Positions 37,727 through 46,745 are shown, numbered from the stretch's first letter. The stretch is DNA of 64,000 nucleotides from Candidatus Woykebacteria bacterium RBG_13_40_15 (GCA_001816655.1 MHCP01000030.1:69623-133622); one strand, 5' to 3'. Numbers and translations: made by a program. Notes: generated by a model not told the origin, from the sequence alone.

Positions 37727-38977
37727 TTACTCAACAAAAGTTAGTGCTGTTCCCCTTTTATTTAATCGCCCAGTACGCCCGATACGATGGACGTAGTCGT
37801 CATAAGTCTCTGGAAGATCGTAGTTGATTACGTGAGAGACATTATCTATATCAAGTCCCCGACTAGCTACATCGGTAGCCAGTAATATGCTTATTTCATC
37901 ACTCTTGAAGCTTTTTAATATTTTTTGCCTTTGGGATTGCCTTTTGTTTCCATGGATAGAACCAACCCTGAAACCACGCATCGTCAATTGGCTATCCAAT
38001 TTATCAATCCCGTGCTTGGTACGGCCGAAAATCATCACTTTATCGAAACCTTCTTTATTTAAAAGGTCATGCAATTGATCCACTTTTTTACTGCGATCCA
38101 CAACTTTAATGACATCCTGTTCGATATTTTCAGGAGTATTTTGTTTTTTGACCGAGACTGTTACCGGATTGGTAACAAAGGCGGTCAGCACCTCGCGTAC
38201 TTTGGGTGGAATAGTAGCCGAAAAAAATAGTGACTGACGAGGCCTCGGAAGTAAGGAAATAAAGTATTTAACGTCGTTTATAAAACCAATGTCCACCATC
38301 AGATCTACCTCATCCAAGACAATCGTCCGAAAATCACCAAGATAGAGGTGTTTGTGATCAACTAAGTCCTTTAGTCTTCCAGGAGTACCTATAACCACGC
38401 TGGGCCGGCGGCTGAGGTCTGCAATTTGCCGGTGTATATTTGCGCCTCCAATAACAAGACTTGAATAAATACCCAATCCCTCTGCTAGGATATGCAATTC
38501 CTCATTGATCTGGCCTGCCAGTTCCCTAGTAGGGGTGACGATCAGAGCTCGCTGTCCCCTGTCTCTAGCGATTTTGTCTACTAAGGGAACTAAAAAGGCT
38601 GCTGTTTTACCAGTACCAGTCTGGGCTAGTCCGATCAGGTCGCGGCCTTCAAGAATCGGTTTAATAGCTTGATCTTGAACGGGAGTTGGGTTCTCATAGT
38701 CTTTTTTTGCAATATTTGCTTTCAAAGCGGGAACAAGATTGAAATCCTCAAATTTGTACCTTGTTTGATAATTATCTACTGAAGAGTTTCCTACCGCTTT
38801 CTTAATAAAAATACTTGTGTTCCCCTCTAGCTCACTTTTAGGACCACCAGAATACCGACTCTGGTTAGAGATACTTTTTGGATAGCTGTAACTGCCCCCA
38901 TTTCCATTTCTTTTAAATTTTCGTCCGCCAAAACCGCTCGCGCGGCCGAAGCTTGCACTATTTCGCGATCTATGCAT
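37727..38977 (-). CDS. DEAD-box RNA helicase (RhlE/CshA-like)
   Basis: Q motif, AQTGTGKT, PTRELA, DEVD, SAT and HRIGRTGR. Confidence 0.95.
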   Translation of the reverse strand: MHRSRNSASFGRASGFGGRKFKRNGNGGSYSYPKSISNQSRYSGGPKSELEGNTSIFIKKAVGNSSVDNYQTRYKFEDFNLVPALKANIAKKDYENPTPVQDQAIKPILEGRDLIGLAQTGTGKTAAFLVPLVDKIARDRGQRALIVTPTRELAGQINEELHILAEGLGIYSSLVIGGANIHRQIADLSRRPSVVIGTPGRLKDLVDHKHLYLGDFRTIVLDEVDLMVDIGFINDVKYFISLLPRPRQSLFFSATIPPKVREVLTAFVTNPVTVSVKKQNTPENIEQDVIKVVDRSKKVDQLHDLLNKEGFDKVMIFGRTKHGIDKLDSQLTMRGFRVGSIHGNKRQSQRQKILKSFKSDEISILLATDVASRGLDIDNVSHVINYDLPETYDDYVHRIGRTGRLNKRGTALTFVE

Positions 38978-39295
38978 GATTTTTGAATGAGAAAGACTAA
39001 GAAGAAATAGTGTTTGCAGTCAGAGCAAAAACTTTGAAATCCTAGGCCTGCCCGACAAGCCCAATGCTAGTCTAGGCGGGCGGTGAGCTAATTTCAAAGA
39101 CTCATTCACTCTGCTTCTAATGCAGAAAATAAAAGAAAATAAGTGTTTGTATAGCTCAAATTCTAATTCAAGGAGATAGTTTAACATAGCTAGAAAAATA
39201 AAGCAAGTGCTATCGGACTGTTGGATTTTATGGCTGATTTGATGGGATTTCAAATATTGAGCTGGACGAAATCGCGCTAAGAAAGGGTGTTATCT

Positions 39296-39592
39296 TTATC
39301 TTGAGCTAAAATGGAGATGGACTTTAAGATCCAAAGCATCTGCCAATTTTCTAATTTGAGAGAGTGATGGGCTAGCAGTTGCTGTTTCCAAACGTGATAT
39401 AACAGCTTGTCCTGTCTTCATTCTTTTTGCAAGCTCCTCTTGCGAAATCTTCTTTTTTATGCGCGCTTCGACTATTGCCTTTACAATCTCGAACTCTGGC
39501 TGTAAATCATCATATTCTTTCCTAACCCCAGGTTTTGCAAGGAGCTTTTTTTTAAATTGTTCGTATGTTGTAAAATTTGGTCTTTTTTTCAT
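39296..39592 (-). CDS. XRE-family HTH antitoxin (HigA-like)
   Basis: SQEELAKRM.T.Q..ISRLE; follows the toxin gene with a 4-nt overlap. Confidence 0.85.
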   Translation of the reverse strand: MKKRPNFTTYEQFKKKLLAKPGVRKEYDDLQPEFEIVKAIVEARIKKKISQEELAKRMKTGQAVISRLETATASPSLSQIRKLADALDLKVHLHFSSR

Positions 39593-39888
39593 ATTTTGTA
39601 TTCTCCTAAACGCTTTTTTGCTGTTTCTATTTCGTTCTTGGGTGTCTTTTGACTTTTCTTTTTGAAAGCATTTACGACTATAATCCTAGATTTCACTTTA
39701 CCTAAAATCAGCCTAATATTTCCAGGTCGTAGTTCCCACAAATTCTTATCCAGCTTCTTTAAATATTTTCCCGGTAAGGTAAATTGATATTGATTAAATA
39801 AATCAAAATATCCAACAATCCTACCTTGATCTGTATCTGCTAAAGTTTCGACAAATTGGTTAACCCGCTTGTCAACAATTACATTCAT
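39589..39888 (-). CDS. RelE/ParE-family (Gp49/HigB-like) toxin
   Basis: LWELR and F.KKSQKTP..EI..A motifs. Confidence 0.88.
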   Translation of the reverse strand: MNVIVDKRVNQFVETLADTDQGRIVGYFDLFNQYQFTLPGKYLKKLDKNLWELRPGNIRLILGKVKSRIIVVNAFKKKSQKTPKNEIETAKKRLGEYKI

Positions 39889-39985
39889 ATAAATATTATG
39901 ATAAATTTGTCATATTGTCAACTTATTATCTAGCGAAAAAATTATACCATAAAATAAATCATCGCTATTCTAATTTTCTCATTCG

Positions 39986-40104
39986 TCCTAAGCGAAGCCG
40001 AAGGAAAGTAAGAATTTGAGAATGCTTAAGGAGGGGATTTTAGGGCTGATTGGATGGGGTTTCAAACAGTGAGCTTGAAGTTTACACTGAGTGAAATCGA
40101 AGTG
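39986..40104 (+). repeat. Two family 2 REP-like elements
   Basis: TCCTAAGCGAAGCCGAAGGA (39986) and CACTGAGTGAAATCGAAGTG (40085). Confidence 0.6.
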
Positions 40105-40205
40105 AACCTGTGTCAAGGAAAGATTGGGAGAATTCTCAATTATCAGTCCATAAAATTAATTTCCTATGTTCAGTCCCTTTAGATTGTACTGTCTCCGTGT
40201 TTTAT

Positions 40206-40505
40206 TTATCTTCCTCTTCCACGCTTTACAATTTTTGCATTTTCATTCATTACACCGAAACGGGTTCCTTCAGTGGCATCCACGGCTTGCTTAACCAGTT
40301 TATTTGGTACTGCAATATAAGGTGTTTTTGTTGACGCAGCTAGTTGTTGTTTTGCATGACCAAAAGCATTTGGATCAACTTCCACCTCAATCGCCTGAGT
40401 TTTAGTCCGAACATCCACTCCTTTGTCAGAAGTGTAATCGGTTTCTTTAATTTGGGCTATTTTGATTGCAATCTGTTTATGCTGTTTACTTTCCACAATA
40501 ATCAC
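40206..40505 (-). CDS. Small hypothetical protein, possible minimal PD-(D/E)XK fold
   Basis: H..IA...GVDV......AIEVE; SD-like AAGGGGGTGA near the start. Confidence 0.55.
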   Translation of the reverse strand: MIIVESKQHKQIAIKIAQIKETDYTSDKGVDVRTKTQAIEVEVDPNAFGHAKQQLAASTKTPYIAVPNKLVKQAVDATEGTRFGVMNENAKIVKRGRGR

Positions 40506-40682
40506 CCCCTTACGGGATAGTTTAATATTATTTAATTATTTCAAGATTTTTCCCTCTCTCCCTGAGGTCAAAAGACTACAAAAAGAAAGGCCTGTTTAAA
40601 AATCCATTGTATATATTATACTACTCAAGCGACTAATTTGGAAGATAGAATAACCTTTTTTAGCCTCAAAGTTACCCTTAAT

Positions 40683-41870
40683 TTAGGAAAAAGGTAGTTT
40701 TTGTTGATCTACCCATACTGTTTCTCGTAAATTAACTTTTTGGATATTAAAATCTATTAATGATTTATGAACTTTTTTCTTCTGTATCAAGAAAAGGAAT
40801 TCTTTATTCTGAATGTTGTGTTCGTTTTCCCCTAACCATTCATTCGTCCAAGTCATTGTTGACATAACATTTTTCTTGTAATCCATCTCCAAAATAGAAC
40901 ACGGTAAATTAAGCTCTCGTAAAATTTCCATTATAGCATCAAAGGTGGCTCTTCCATTGTTGCTATAAGACAAAACAACATATTTTGCATTAGTCTTTTT
41001 TATTAGTTCTTTAAGTGCGTTAATAACAACATATCGGCCATTTTTGTCCTTTCGAAACTCCTCAAAAATTGACCCCGCAACTATATCACTTACGTCCTCA
41101 CGTCGATTAGCCGCACCTACCACCTTTGGTTTGTCATTAAGACAGACCGATTTCCAAATATGATAGTAAGAGGCATATCGAACACGTGATGGGGGCATAA
41201 GTTCATTAGAAGAACCATATGGTGGATCATAGTAGGCTAGATCAACCTCTACTTTATCTAGGAGGTTAAAAATATCATCGCAGAAAACCCGATGATCCAT
41301 TTCATCTATTATTAACCTCGGAGCCTCCATTTTCATTACATGGTAAGCGCGGGGGGCCCATTGTTTTAAATAAGAAACGTGGTGCCCTACAGAACTATCT
41401 ACCTTATCCATTGCTAAAATTAGGCTTGTGAGAAGTACTGACTTTTCAATTTCATCTTTTGAAACCTTATCAATTTGCTCACGGATAGCATCAAGCTTCA
41501 TAGTATTATGCAACTGCCACATCTTCTTTCTACCATCTATATCTACAGCACTACCACCGTTAGGTTCTCCACCATAATGTTTCGAAAACCATCCCAACTT
41601 ACCTGGAATTTTATTCAAATTATCAATCAGGGGTAGATAGTAAGATGCTGGTTTCCTATTTAAAAGATAGCATTGCCCAAAAATTTTTGACCATACAGCA
41701 ATATCGTTTGCATAAACAGTATACCCAGCCTTTTTGAATGCTTGAGAAACTCTTGTGGTACCAGAAAAGCCGTCGAATATCGTACTAACATTTAAGGAAG
41801 CTACTAGCTTGAGTAGAATGGGAATTATCTCCCTTTTTGATCCTGTGTACTTAATACCTTCAGTTTGCAT
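40683..41870 (-). CDS. N6-adenine DNA methyltransferase (alpha class, D12-like)
   Basis: KYTGSK, motif I FDGFSGT, motif IV DPPY, and LSYS. Confidence 0.9.
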   Translation of the reverse strand: MQTEGIKYTGSKREIIPILLKLVASLNVSTIFDGFSGTTRVSQAFKKAGYTVYANDIAVWSKIFGQCYLLNRKPASYYLPLIDNLNKIPGKLGWFSKHYGGEPNGGSAVDIDGRKKMWQLHNTMKLDAIREQIDKVSKDEIEKSVLLTSLILAMDKVDSSVGHHVSYLKQWAPRAYHVMKMEAPRLIIDEMDHRVFCDDIFNLLDKVEVDLAYYDPPYGSSNELMPPSRVRYASYYHIWKSVCLNDKPKVVGAANRREDVSDIVAGSIFEEFRKDKNGRYVVINALKELIKKTNAKYVVLSYSNNGRATFDAIMEILRELNLPCSILEMDYKKNVMSTMTWTNEWLGENEHNIQNKEFLFLIQKKKVHKSLIDFNIQKVNLRETVWVDQQKLPFS

Positions 41871-41919
41871 ATTATTATCCTTCTATCTGATTTTAGCAAA
41901 AGAAAGTATCTATTGTAAG

Positions 41920-42750
41920 TTATATTACTGATTTTTCTTTTGATTGTGGAAATAATTTTAGAATTTCTTCGTGCTTGTCTTTTGGAGAAACAAGAATTTT
42001 TGAAATTAAGTTAATAAGAGACTCATTAATTTTATAGGAACCGCTCAGTAGCTCCCGAAAGTAAGGTTTTGCATTTTCAGTATGTGTCCACAAACCTCTT
42101 TGTAGTGCATTAGCGCTTACTCCACCGTATCTTACCTCAAAAATATACTGACCTTTCTCATTATAGAATTTATATATTGGAAATGTCTGTTTAAGTCCTA
42201 GTTTCCTTGGTGGATAAAACTTGATTTGTCTAACTGATTGGTAAGCGCGAGACAAATCAAATACAACAATTTTGAAGTTTAACTGCTTTTCGTTGTAAAT
42301 TAATGGCAGAACATTCACAGCACCGAAATTCACAAAACATGGTTCGTTCAAAATAATTTTGATTTTGTTTATGTCTTTAATATCCTTGTTAGCTACCACT
42401 TTTTGTAGAAACTTAAACATCGAACTGTCTTTATTCGTTGACAGTTGCAACGGACCAGCGCCATATGTTTTTACGCTGACAGGGATTTCAGATTCAGATT
42501 GAAGGTCTTTAATCCTGATATCTTCTTCAAATTCCTTTGCTCTAAACTTTTCCTTCCCAGTGTGTCGAGCAGAAAAACCATCGACAAACTGATTGATGTA
42601 TTCCGTAAGTGCGATTTCTGCAAGATCTCCGTGTGTTTTGTTTCCTATAACTCGCATGGAGAAAACATTAGCTAGGACGCTGTAAATAATCGGTTGGTTG
42701 CCTCTAAAGCTCTCTTCAAATTTGTTTAAAAACTTATCAAATGAAGACAT
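41920..42750 (-). CDS. Putative type II restriction endonuclease
   Basis: Lies between the controller and the MTase; E...D...SVK resembles a variant PD-(D/E)XK site. Confidence 0.7.
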   Translation of the reverse strand: MSSFDKFLNKFEESFRGNQPIIYSVLANVFSMRVIGNKTHGDLAEIALTEYINQFVDGFSARHTGKEKFRAKEFEEDIRIKDLQSESEIPVSVKTYGAGPLQLSTNKDSSMFKFLQKVVANKDIKDINKIKIILNEPCFVNFGAVNVLPLIYNEKQLNFKIVVFDLSRAYQSVRQIKFYPPRKLGLKQTFPIYKFYNEKGQYIFEVRYGGVSANALQRGLWTHTENAKPYFRELLSGSYKINESLINLISKILVSPKDKHEEILKLFPQSKEKSVI

Positions 42751-42752
42751 AT

Positions 42753-42968
42753 TTAAGAGTCTTGAAATAAGTCTGCTAATTTCAGATTAAGAGCTGTTGC
42801 TACTTTTTGTATATTCTCGAGGGTAATATTTTTCTCAGCCCTTTCTATCATTCCAATATACGTCCTATGCATGCCAGCCCGATCCGCTAACTCCTCTTGA
42901 GATATTCCAAGTTTTTTTCTTTCCGCTTTGACACGTATAGCAAAACTAAGTAGTACAGAACTTTTCAT
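42753..42968 (-). CDS. Restriction-modification controller (C) protein, XRE HTH
   Basis: SQEELA..AG.HRTYIG.IER.E.NITL.NI signature; first gene of the C-R-M order. Confidence 0.85.
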   Translation of the reverse strand: MKSSVLLSFAIRVKAERKKLGISQEELADRAGMHRTYIGMIERAEKNITLENIQKVATALNLKLADLFQDS

Positions 42969-42992
42969 ATCGAGTTAAGTTTATGATAATGC

Positions 42993-43020
42993 TAACTTTA
43001 GTTCTACATACTATAGTTAT
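42993..43020 (-). promoter_or_regulatory. C-box-like double operator
   Basis: ACTATAGT-atGTaga-ACTAAAGT, about 25 bp upstream of the C gene. Confidence 0.6.
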
Positions 43021-43132
43021 CGAAGGAAGAGTTGGTGGTTTATTAGATTTTGGCCTCAAAATCGATTCCGATTGATTTCTCTCTTTAGTTAGATGGAAGA
43101 TGTTAGATTGAAGACTGAAGGCGGGTTGGGAG

Positions 43133-43161
43133 TTGACAATAATTGGGCAGCCTACTATAAT
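43133..43161 (+). promoter_or_regulatory. Perfect sigma70 consensus promoter
   Basis: TTGACA-17 bp-TATAAT. Confidence 0.75.
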
Positions 43162-43174
43162 AAGTCCATAAAAC

Positions 43175-43211
43175 TAGGGAATGATCCTAATTCAGGGTCC
43201 TCCCTATTTTT
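43175..43211 (+). terminator. Hairpin plus U-tract directly after the consensus promoter
   Basis: TAGGGA..GATCCT-AATTC-AGGGTC..TCCCTA-TTTTT. Confidence 0.6.
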
Positions 43212-43221
43212 GTTAGCCTAT

Positions 43222-43497
43222 CTAGAACCAAAGCGGATTTAGAAGAGGTTCGCCAAGAGCTTTGGAAATTTTCTTAAGAGTCGCTACCGAGGGCAAAGAG
43301 TGCATTGATTCAATACGAGAAATCACCGGCTGCTTCATACCTACTTTTTTGGCAAGCTCTTCTTGCGATAAATTCTTTTTAATCCGTACTTCAATTAAAC
43401 TTTTTACCAGTTGATATTCCGGCTCCAAATCTTCGTAAGCTTTTTGGATAGCCGTATTTTTCGCCCAGCGTCTTTCAATTTTTTCGAATGGAACCAA
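43222..43497 (-). CDS. Orphan XRE HTH antitoxin-like protein
   Basis: Paralogous to 39296-39592 (Y..L.PE......I..RIKK..SQEELAK); no adjacent toxin. Confidence 0.75.
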   Translation of the reverse strand: MVPFEKIERRWAKNTAIQKAYEDLEPEYQLVKSLIEVRIKKNLSQEELAKKVGMKQPVISRIESMHSLPSVATLKKISKALGEPLLNPLWF

Positions 43498-43645
43498 CTT
43501 GATTTTATTTTTTCTCCTAATAAACCCCCTTTACATACTCAAAAATTCGAGGGAATCTTATAACTTTTTTGTTATAAAGTCAACGGTCAATCAAGACAAC
43601 CCGATTTTATCGCTTTGGCAATCAGGCGTCAAATATGTAGGGAAA

Positions 43646-43664
43646 TGGTTCGACAGGCTCACCA
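43646..43664 (-). repeat. REP-like element, family 2
   Basis: TGGTGAGCCTGTCGAACCA. Confidence 0.6.
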
Positions 43665-43717
43665 CTGGGTTGGGAGTTGACTAAAGGTTGACAAAAAGTT
43701 TACAATATATTTACAAA

Positions 43718-43785
43718 GACCCTGTTTCCGAATTGTCACCGTATGGTGCGCGTTCCAAGCTTACGTTTGGATAGGAAGCAGGGTC
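43718..43785. ncRNA. Candidate DUF3800-associated structured RNA (three-stem junction)
   Basis: P1 GACCCTGTTTCC/GGAAGCAGGGTC enclosing CACC-GTAT-GGTG and TCCAAGC-TTAC-GTTTGGA; 2 bp from the DUF3800 stop. Confidence 0.6.
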
Positions 43786-43787
43786 GC

Positions 43788-44411
43788 TTATTTAAACTCC
43801 CATAAATCTTCAATTTTTTTGGAGCTCTTTAATTCATTTAAATATCTCTTCTCCTTACCTGAAAATACTGAAAATATTGATCCTGCAACCATATCAGCAA
43901 GTTGAATAAGTGTGTTTTGCCTAGATTCCACAAATTTCAAATCTTTAAAAATCTTCTTACTTTTATTGTCCAATTCTCTGCTTAGATATGTGCGAAGCTG
44001 GTCTCTCAACTCCTTTTCACCTCTTTTGTCAAATTTTAATCGTGCGTTTTTTATAGAACCGCTGCTATGCTTTAAAACCTGCATAATAATGTAGTTATAA
44101 AAGTTTTCTTTGTTATTTCGAAGGTGAGAACTTCGAATATTTTGTTTGCCCGCAACAATTGCTCTAATTCGAAATTTGTATGTTTTCACTGTTTCAAAAA
44201 ATAAATCTTTAAATTTTTTATTAGTTTTATTGAATTTAAATTCGTAAAAATCAGAAACTTTCAATTTCCTCCGCAACTCCTTAATTGCAAGGGATGTTTT
44301 CTCTGCTTCTAAATCGTCGTCAAACACAACTAATGCAATAACAAAGACTTTAGTTGATCCTTTATCAATTTTGAATCCTGGGTCTCCTGAATCATCGATA
44401 AAAACAAGCAT
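43788..44411 (-). CDS. DUF3800-domain protein (RNase H-like)
   Basis: N-terminal FIDDSGD, E.KF, C-terminal IQLADMVAG. Confidence 0.88.
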   Translation of the reverse strand: MLVFIDDSGDPGFKIDKGSTKVFVIALVVFDDDLEAEKTSLAIKELRRKLKVSDFYEFKFNKTNKKFKDLFFETVKTYKFRIRAIVAGKQNIRSSHLRNNKENFYNYIIMQVLKHSSGSIKNARLKFDKRGEKELRDQLRTYLSRELDNKSKKIFKDLKFVESRQNTLIQLADMVAGSIFSVFSGKEKRYLNELKSSKKIEDLWEFK

Positions 44412-44522
44412 GGTAAAATTTTATCGCTTTATGAATCAAGCATCAATTAAATCAGAGTTAAGAATTGGGGTTTTTGAAGGCGGGAGGATTTATTTCTTTT
44501 TCCCTTTTATTTTTGTTTCTAT

Positions 44523-44714
44523 TCACTTCAGAAGAGGTATGGCATCTCTTTCGGGTCGCTCAGCAAACTTTTTTCTCGTGCGTGCCAGTGAATCATCTAT
44601 TGCTTCGTTCGCCCAAGAAGAAAAGCTCTGTCCGGCTAGCAAGAGATTGGCTCTTAATTTAAGATAGTTTTCTTTGTTTACCATCACTGAGATTTTGTAG
44701 TTTTTGTTTTCCAT
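44523..44714 (-). CDS. Small ribbon-helix-helix-like protein
   Basis: N-terminal strand KISVMV followed by two helices (..G.SFS.W..EAI). Confidence 0.5.
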   Translation of the reverse strand: MENKNYKISVMVNKENYLKLRANLLLAGQSFSSWANEAIDDSLARTRKKFAERPERDAIPLLK

Positions 44715-44791
44715 ATTTCTATAATACCCTAATTATATATTTATGTCAATATGGTTTTATGGTATCAAAGGGGACCTAAAGTATCTCTTAT

Positions 44792-44905
44792 TTACCTCTT
44801 CTTACCGGCTTTGTGGTGGTTTTTTTGGAAAGACTTTCTACCTGCATTTCGACCATTAAAGGCATTAGAGTGTTTCCTTACTTCCTGCGGCCAGGTTGGT
44901 TTCAT
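44792..44905 (-). CDS. 37-aa basic peptide MKPTWPQEVRKHSNAFNGRNAGRKSFQKNHHKAGKKR
   Basis: Open frame with TATAAT a few bases upstream of the ATG (leaderless-like). Confidence 0.4.
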   Translation of the reverse strand: MKPTWPQEVRKHSNAFNGRNAGRKSFQKNHHKAGKKR

Positions 44906-45223
44906 GCTTTTATTATACATCTTACCCAAGTAATAAATAAGGTGGCTGCCTCTCTGATACCTTGCTTATTTGAATTAAGGGTGTAGACTGAAAGCAGTGA
45001 CTGAAAACGTAAGTGATTTCATTTCCTTTCATAATGCCCATATATTAGATCCGGAACTTACCGCCAGCTTCGAGACTGTTTCAGTTTTTGCAGCAAAGAA
45101 AAATATCGCCCTTGAAGATTTATCGATCGAAAAACACAGGCTCCCTTTTATCAACTGGTGCATCGGCCTCACTATCTCCCAAGTCTAATCTTTAAGGATA
45201 ATTCAAAAGGCCTAGCTTAGTAT

Positions 45224-46243
45224 TTAGAAAATTTTTTCTCTAACCACCTCTTCGACTAGTTTACCCTTCATCCCATAACCTGGCAGTGACCAAGCCGAAT
45301 AAAATACACCGTCATAATAAGGCATCACTGTAGCCAGGTACCAGCCTGTAAAACTAGCCTGTTCCTCTTCGCTTACCTCAATTCCTGGCATAATCGCTTT
45401 ATAAAGAGCAGGCTTTTTGGTGGAAATAGCAAATTCGCCAACTATAATTGGAAGATTTAGTTTTTCGGCTGCACTAGAGGTCTCTTTGACAAAATCGGCA
45501 AATTCGAATTCTTTAAACTCTTTTAGCCACTCGGCACGATCTGGCGGAAAGAGGTCTAGCATCACTCCATCAAAATCTTTGCTTGATTCGACTCGCTGTA
45601 TCGCTGCAATTCGATTTTTAAATCGCTCACCAGAACAATCGCGATTTATACATTCGTAACATCCCCATTTGCCGTAGATTTTTCCAAAGTAAACTTTTCT
45701 AATCTCCGGCAAAATCTTTTTATGCCATTCTATCGCCCTCTCCCCACCAAAAATACAATCCGGTTCATTAAAAGGGCTAAAGTACTCGACACCATATTTT
45801 TCAGCAAATCGCGCCCACTTTATAACTTCTTTGGAATAATCATCAATTGTTTTATCAGATAGTTTAGCCGGATCATCCCCCAATGGGTTTGTCCCTTCGG
45901 GAGCTAAGTGAACTGCGATTTTTTCTTTTTTTGCAGCTTTAATCAAATGGAGAAGCATTGTCTGCTGGGCGTAATCGGTTATACCAACTGCCCAAGAAGG
46001 CACATTCACCGGCGGCCCGACCGAAACTAAATTTATATTGTCTTTTTTTATATCTGGTATGTCTTTTCCCAAAACAAAAGGCATTGCAGGACCCCAAACT
46101 CCTTTTATGTAAGTAGGATAGTTACGCTCTGTTGGAACACCGACCCAAGCGGTAGCCGTGTAATAAATAAGAAAAAGCAAAATTAATGAAAAGATTCCGA
46201 GAAGTACAGAAATTATCTTATGCTTTTTTATAAATCTGAGCAT
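45224..46243 (-). CDS. Membrane-anchored clan GH-A glycoside hydrolase (GH5/GH113-like TIM barrel)
   Basis: NEP acid/base motif, GEF nucleophile, N-terminal TM. Confidence 0.7.
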   Translation of the reverse strand: MLRFIKKHKIISVLLGIFSLILLFLIYYTATAWVGVPTERNYPTYIKGVWGPAMPFVLGKDIPDIKKDNINLVSVGPPVNVPSWAVGITDYAQQTMLLHLIKAAKKEKIAVHLAPEGTNPLGDDPAKLSDKTIDDYSKEVIKWARFAEKYGVEYFSPFNEPDCIFGGERAIEWHKKILPEIRKVYFGKIYGKWGCYECINRDCSGERFKNRIAAIQRVESSKDFDGVMLDLFPPDRAEWLKEFKEFEFADFVKETSSAAEKLNLPIIVGEFAISTKKPALYKAIMPGIEVSEEEQASFTGWYLATVMPYYDGVFYSAWSLPGYGMKGKLVEEVVREKIF

Positions 46244-46346
46244 AAATTTATTGATGATTTATAATAATTGTAGCAAAATGGGAATGGAAAGGGCAGGTGC
46301 GGTATCTCGTCCTTTCCATCATTAGCAATCTATGTTGTCGACGTCG

Positions 46347-46745
46347 CTACGCTGCTTCCTCCTCCACGTAGAGCGCGCAGTCCTGAACGGAAGCAACCTT
46401 GATCCGAATATGCCGAGGGTCAGTCCAGAACTCCCTGATCGCAACGATGCACCGCTTCCCTTGGTCGGTCCTTCTCTTCAGAGCGTTGTATAGCCAGGGG
46501 CAGATCAGAAAGTCTCTAAACATGGCTGAGAGAATTATGCCGTCACTAAGGCTGCGTACCCCTCCGTCTCGCAAGAACCTTGTATCTCCACAGTCGAGTT
46601 TCTTTGGAGGTACCTCGTTGATTGAGAACACCTCCACACAACGCACTGCTCCTCGTAATGCATCACCCTGTGTCCGTGCAACTGGAATCGAAATCAACCA
46701 GCTTTGGTCTATCGTCCCTTCATCGGTAAAAATGACTGTAGTCAT
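46347..46745 (-). CDS. GC-rich orphan hypothetical protein
   Basis: SD AGGAGG, TGTTAAAAT upstream, hairpin at about 46284-46319. Confidence 0.5.
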   Translation of the reverse strand: MTTVIFTDEGTIDQSWLISIPVARTQGDALRGAVRCVEVFSINEVPPKKLDCGDTRFLRDGGVRSLSDGIILSAMFRDFLICPWLYNALKRRTDQGKRCIVAIREFWTDPRHIRIKVASVQDCALYVEEEAA

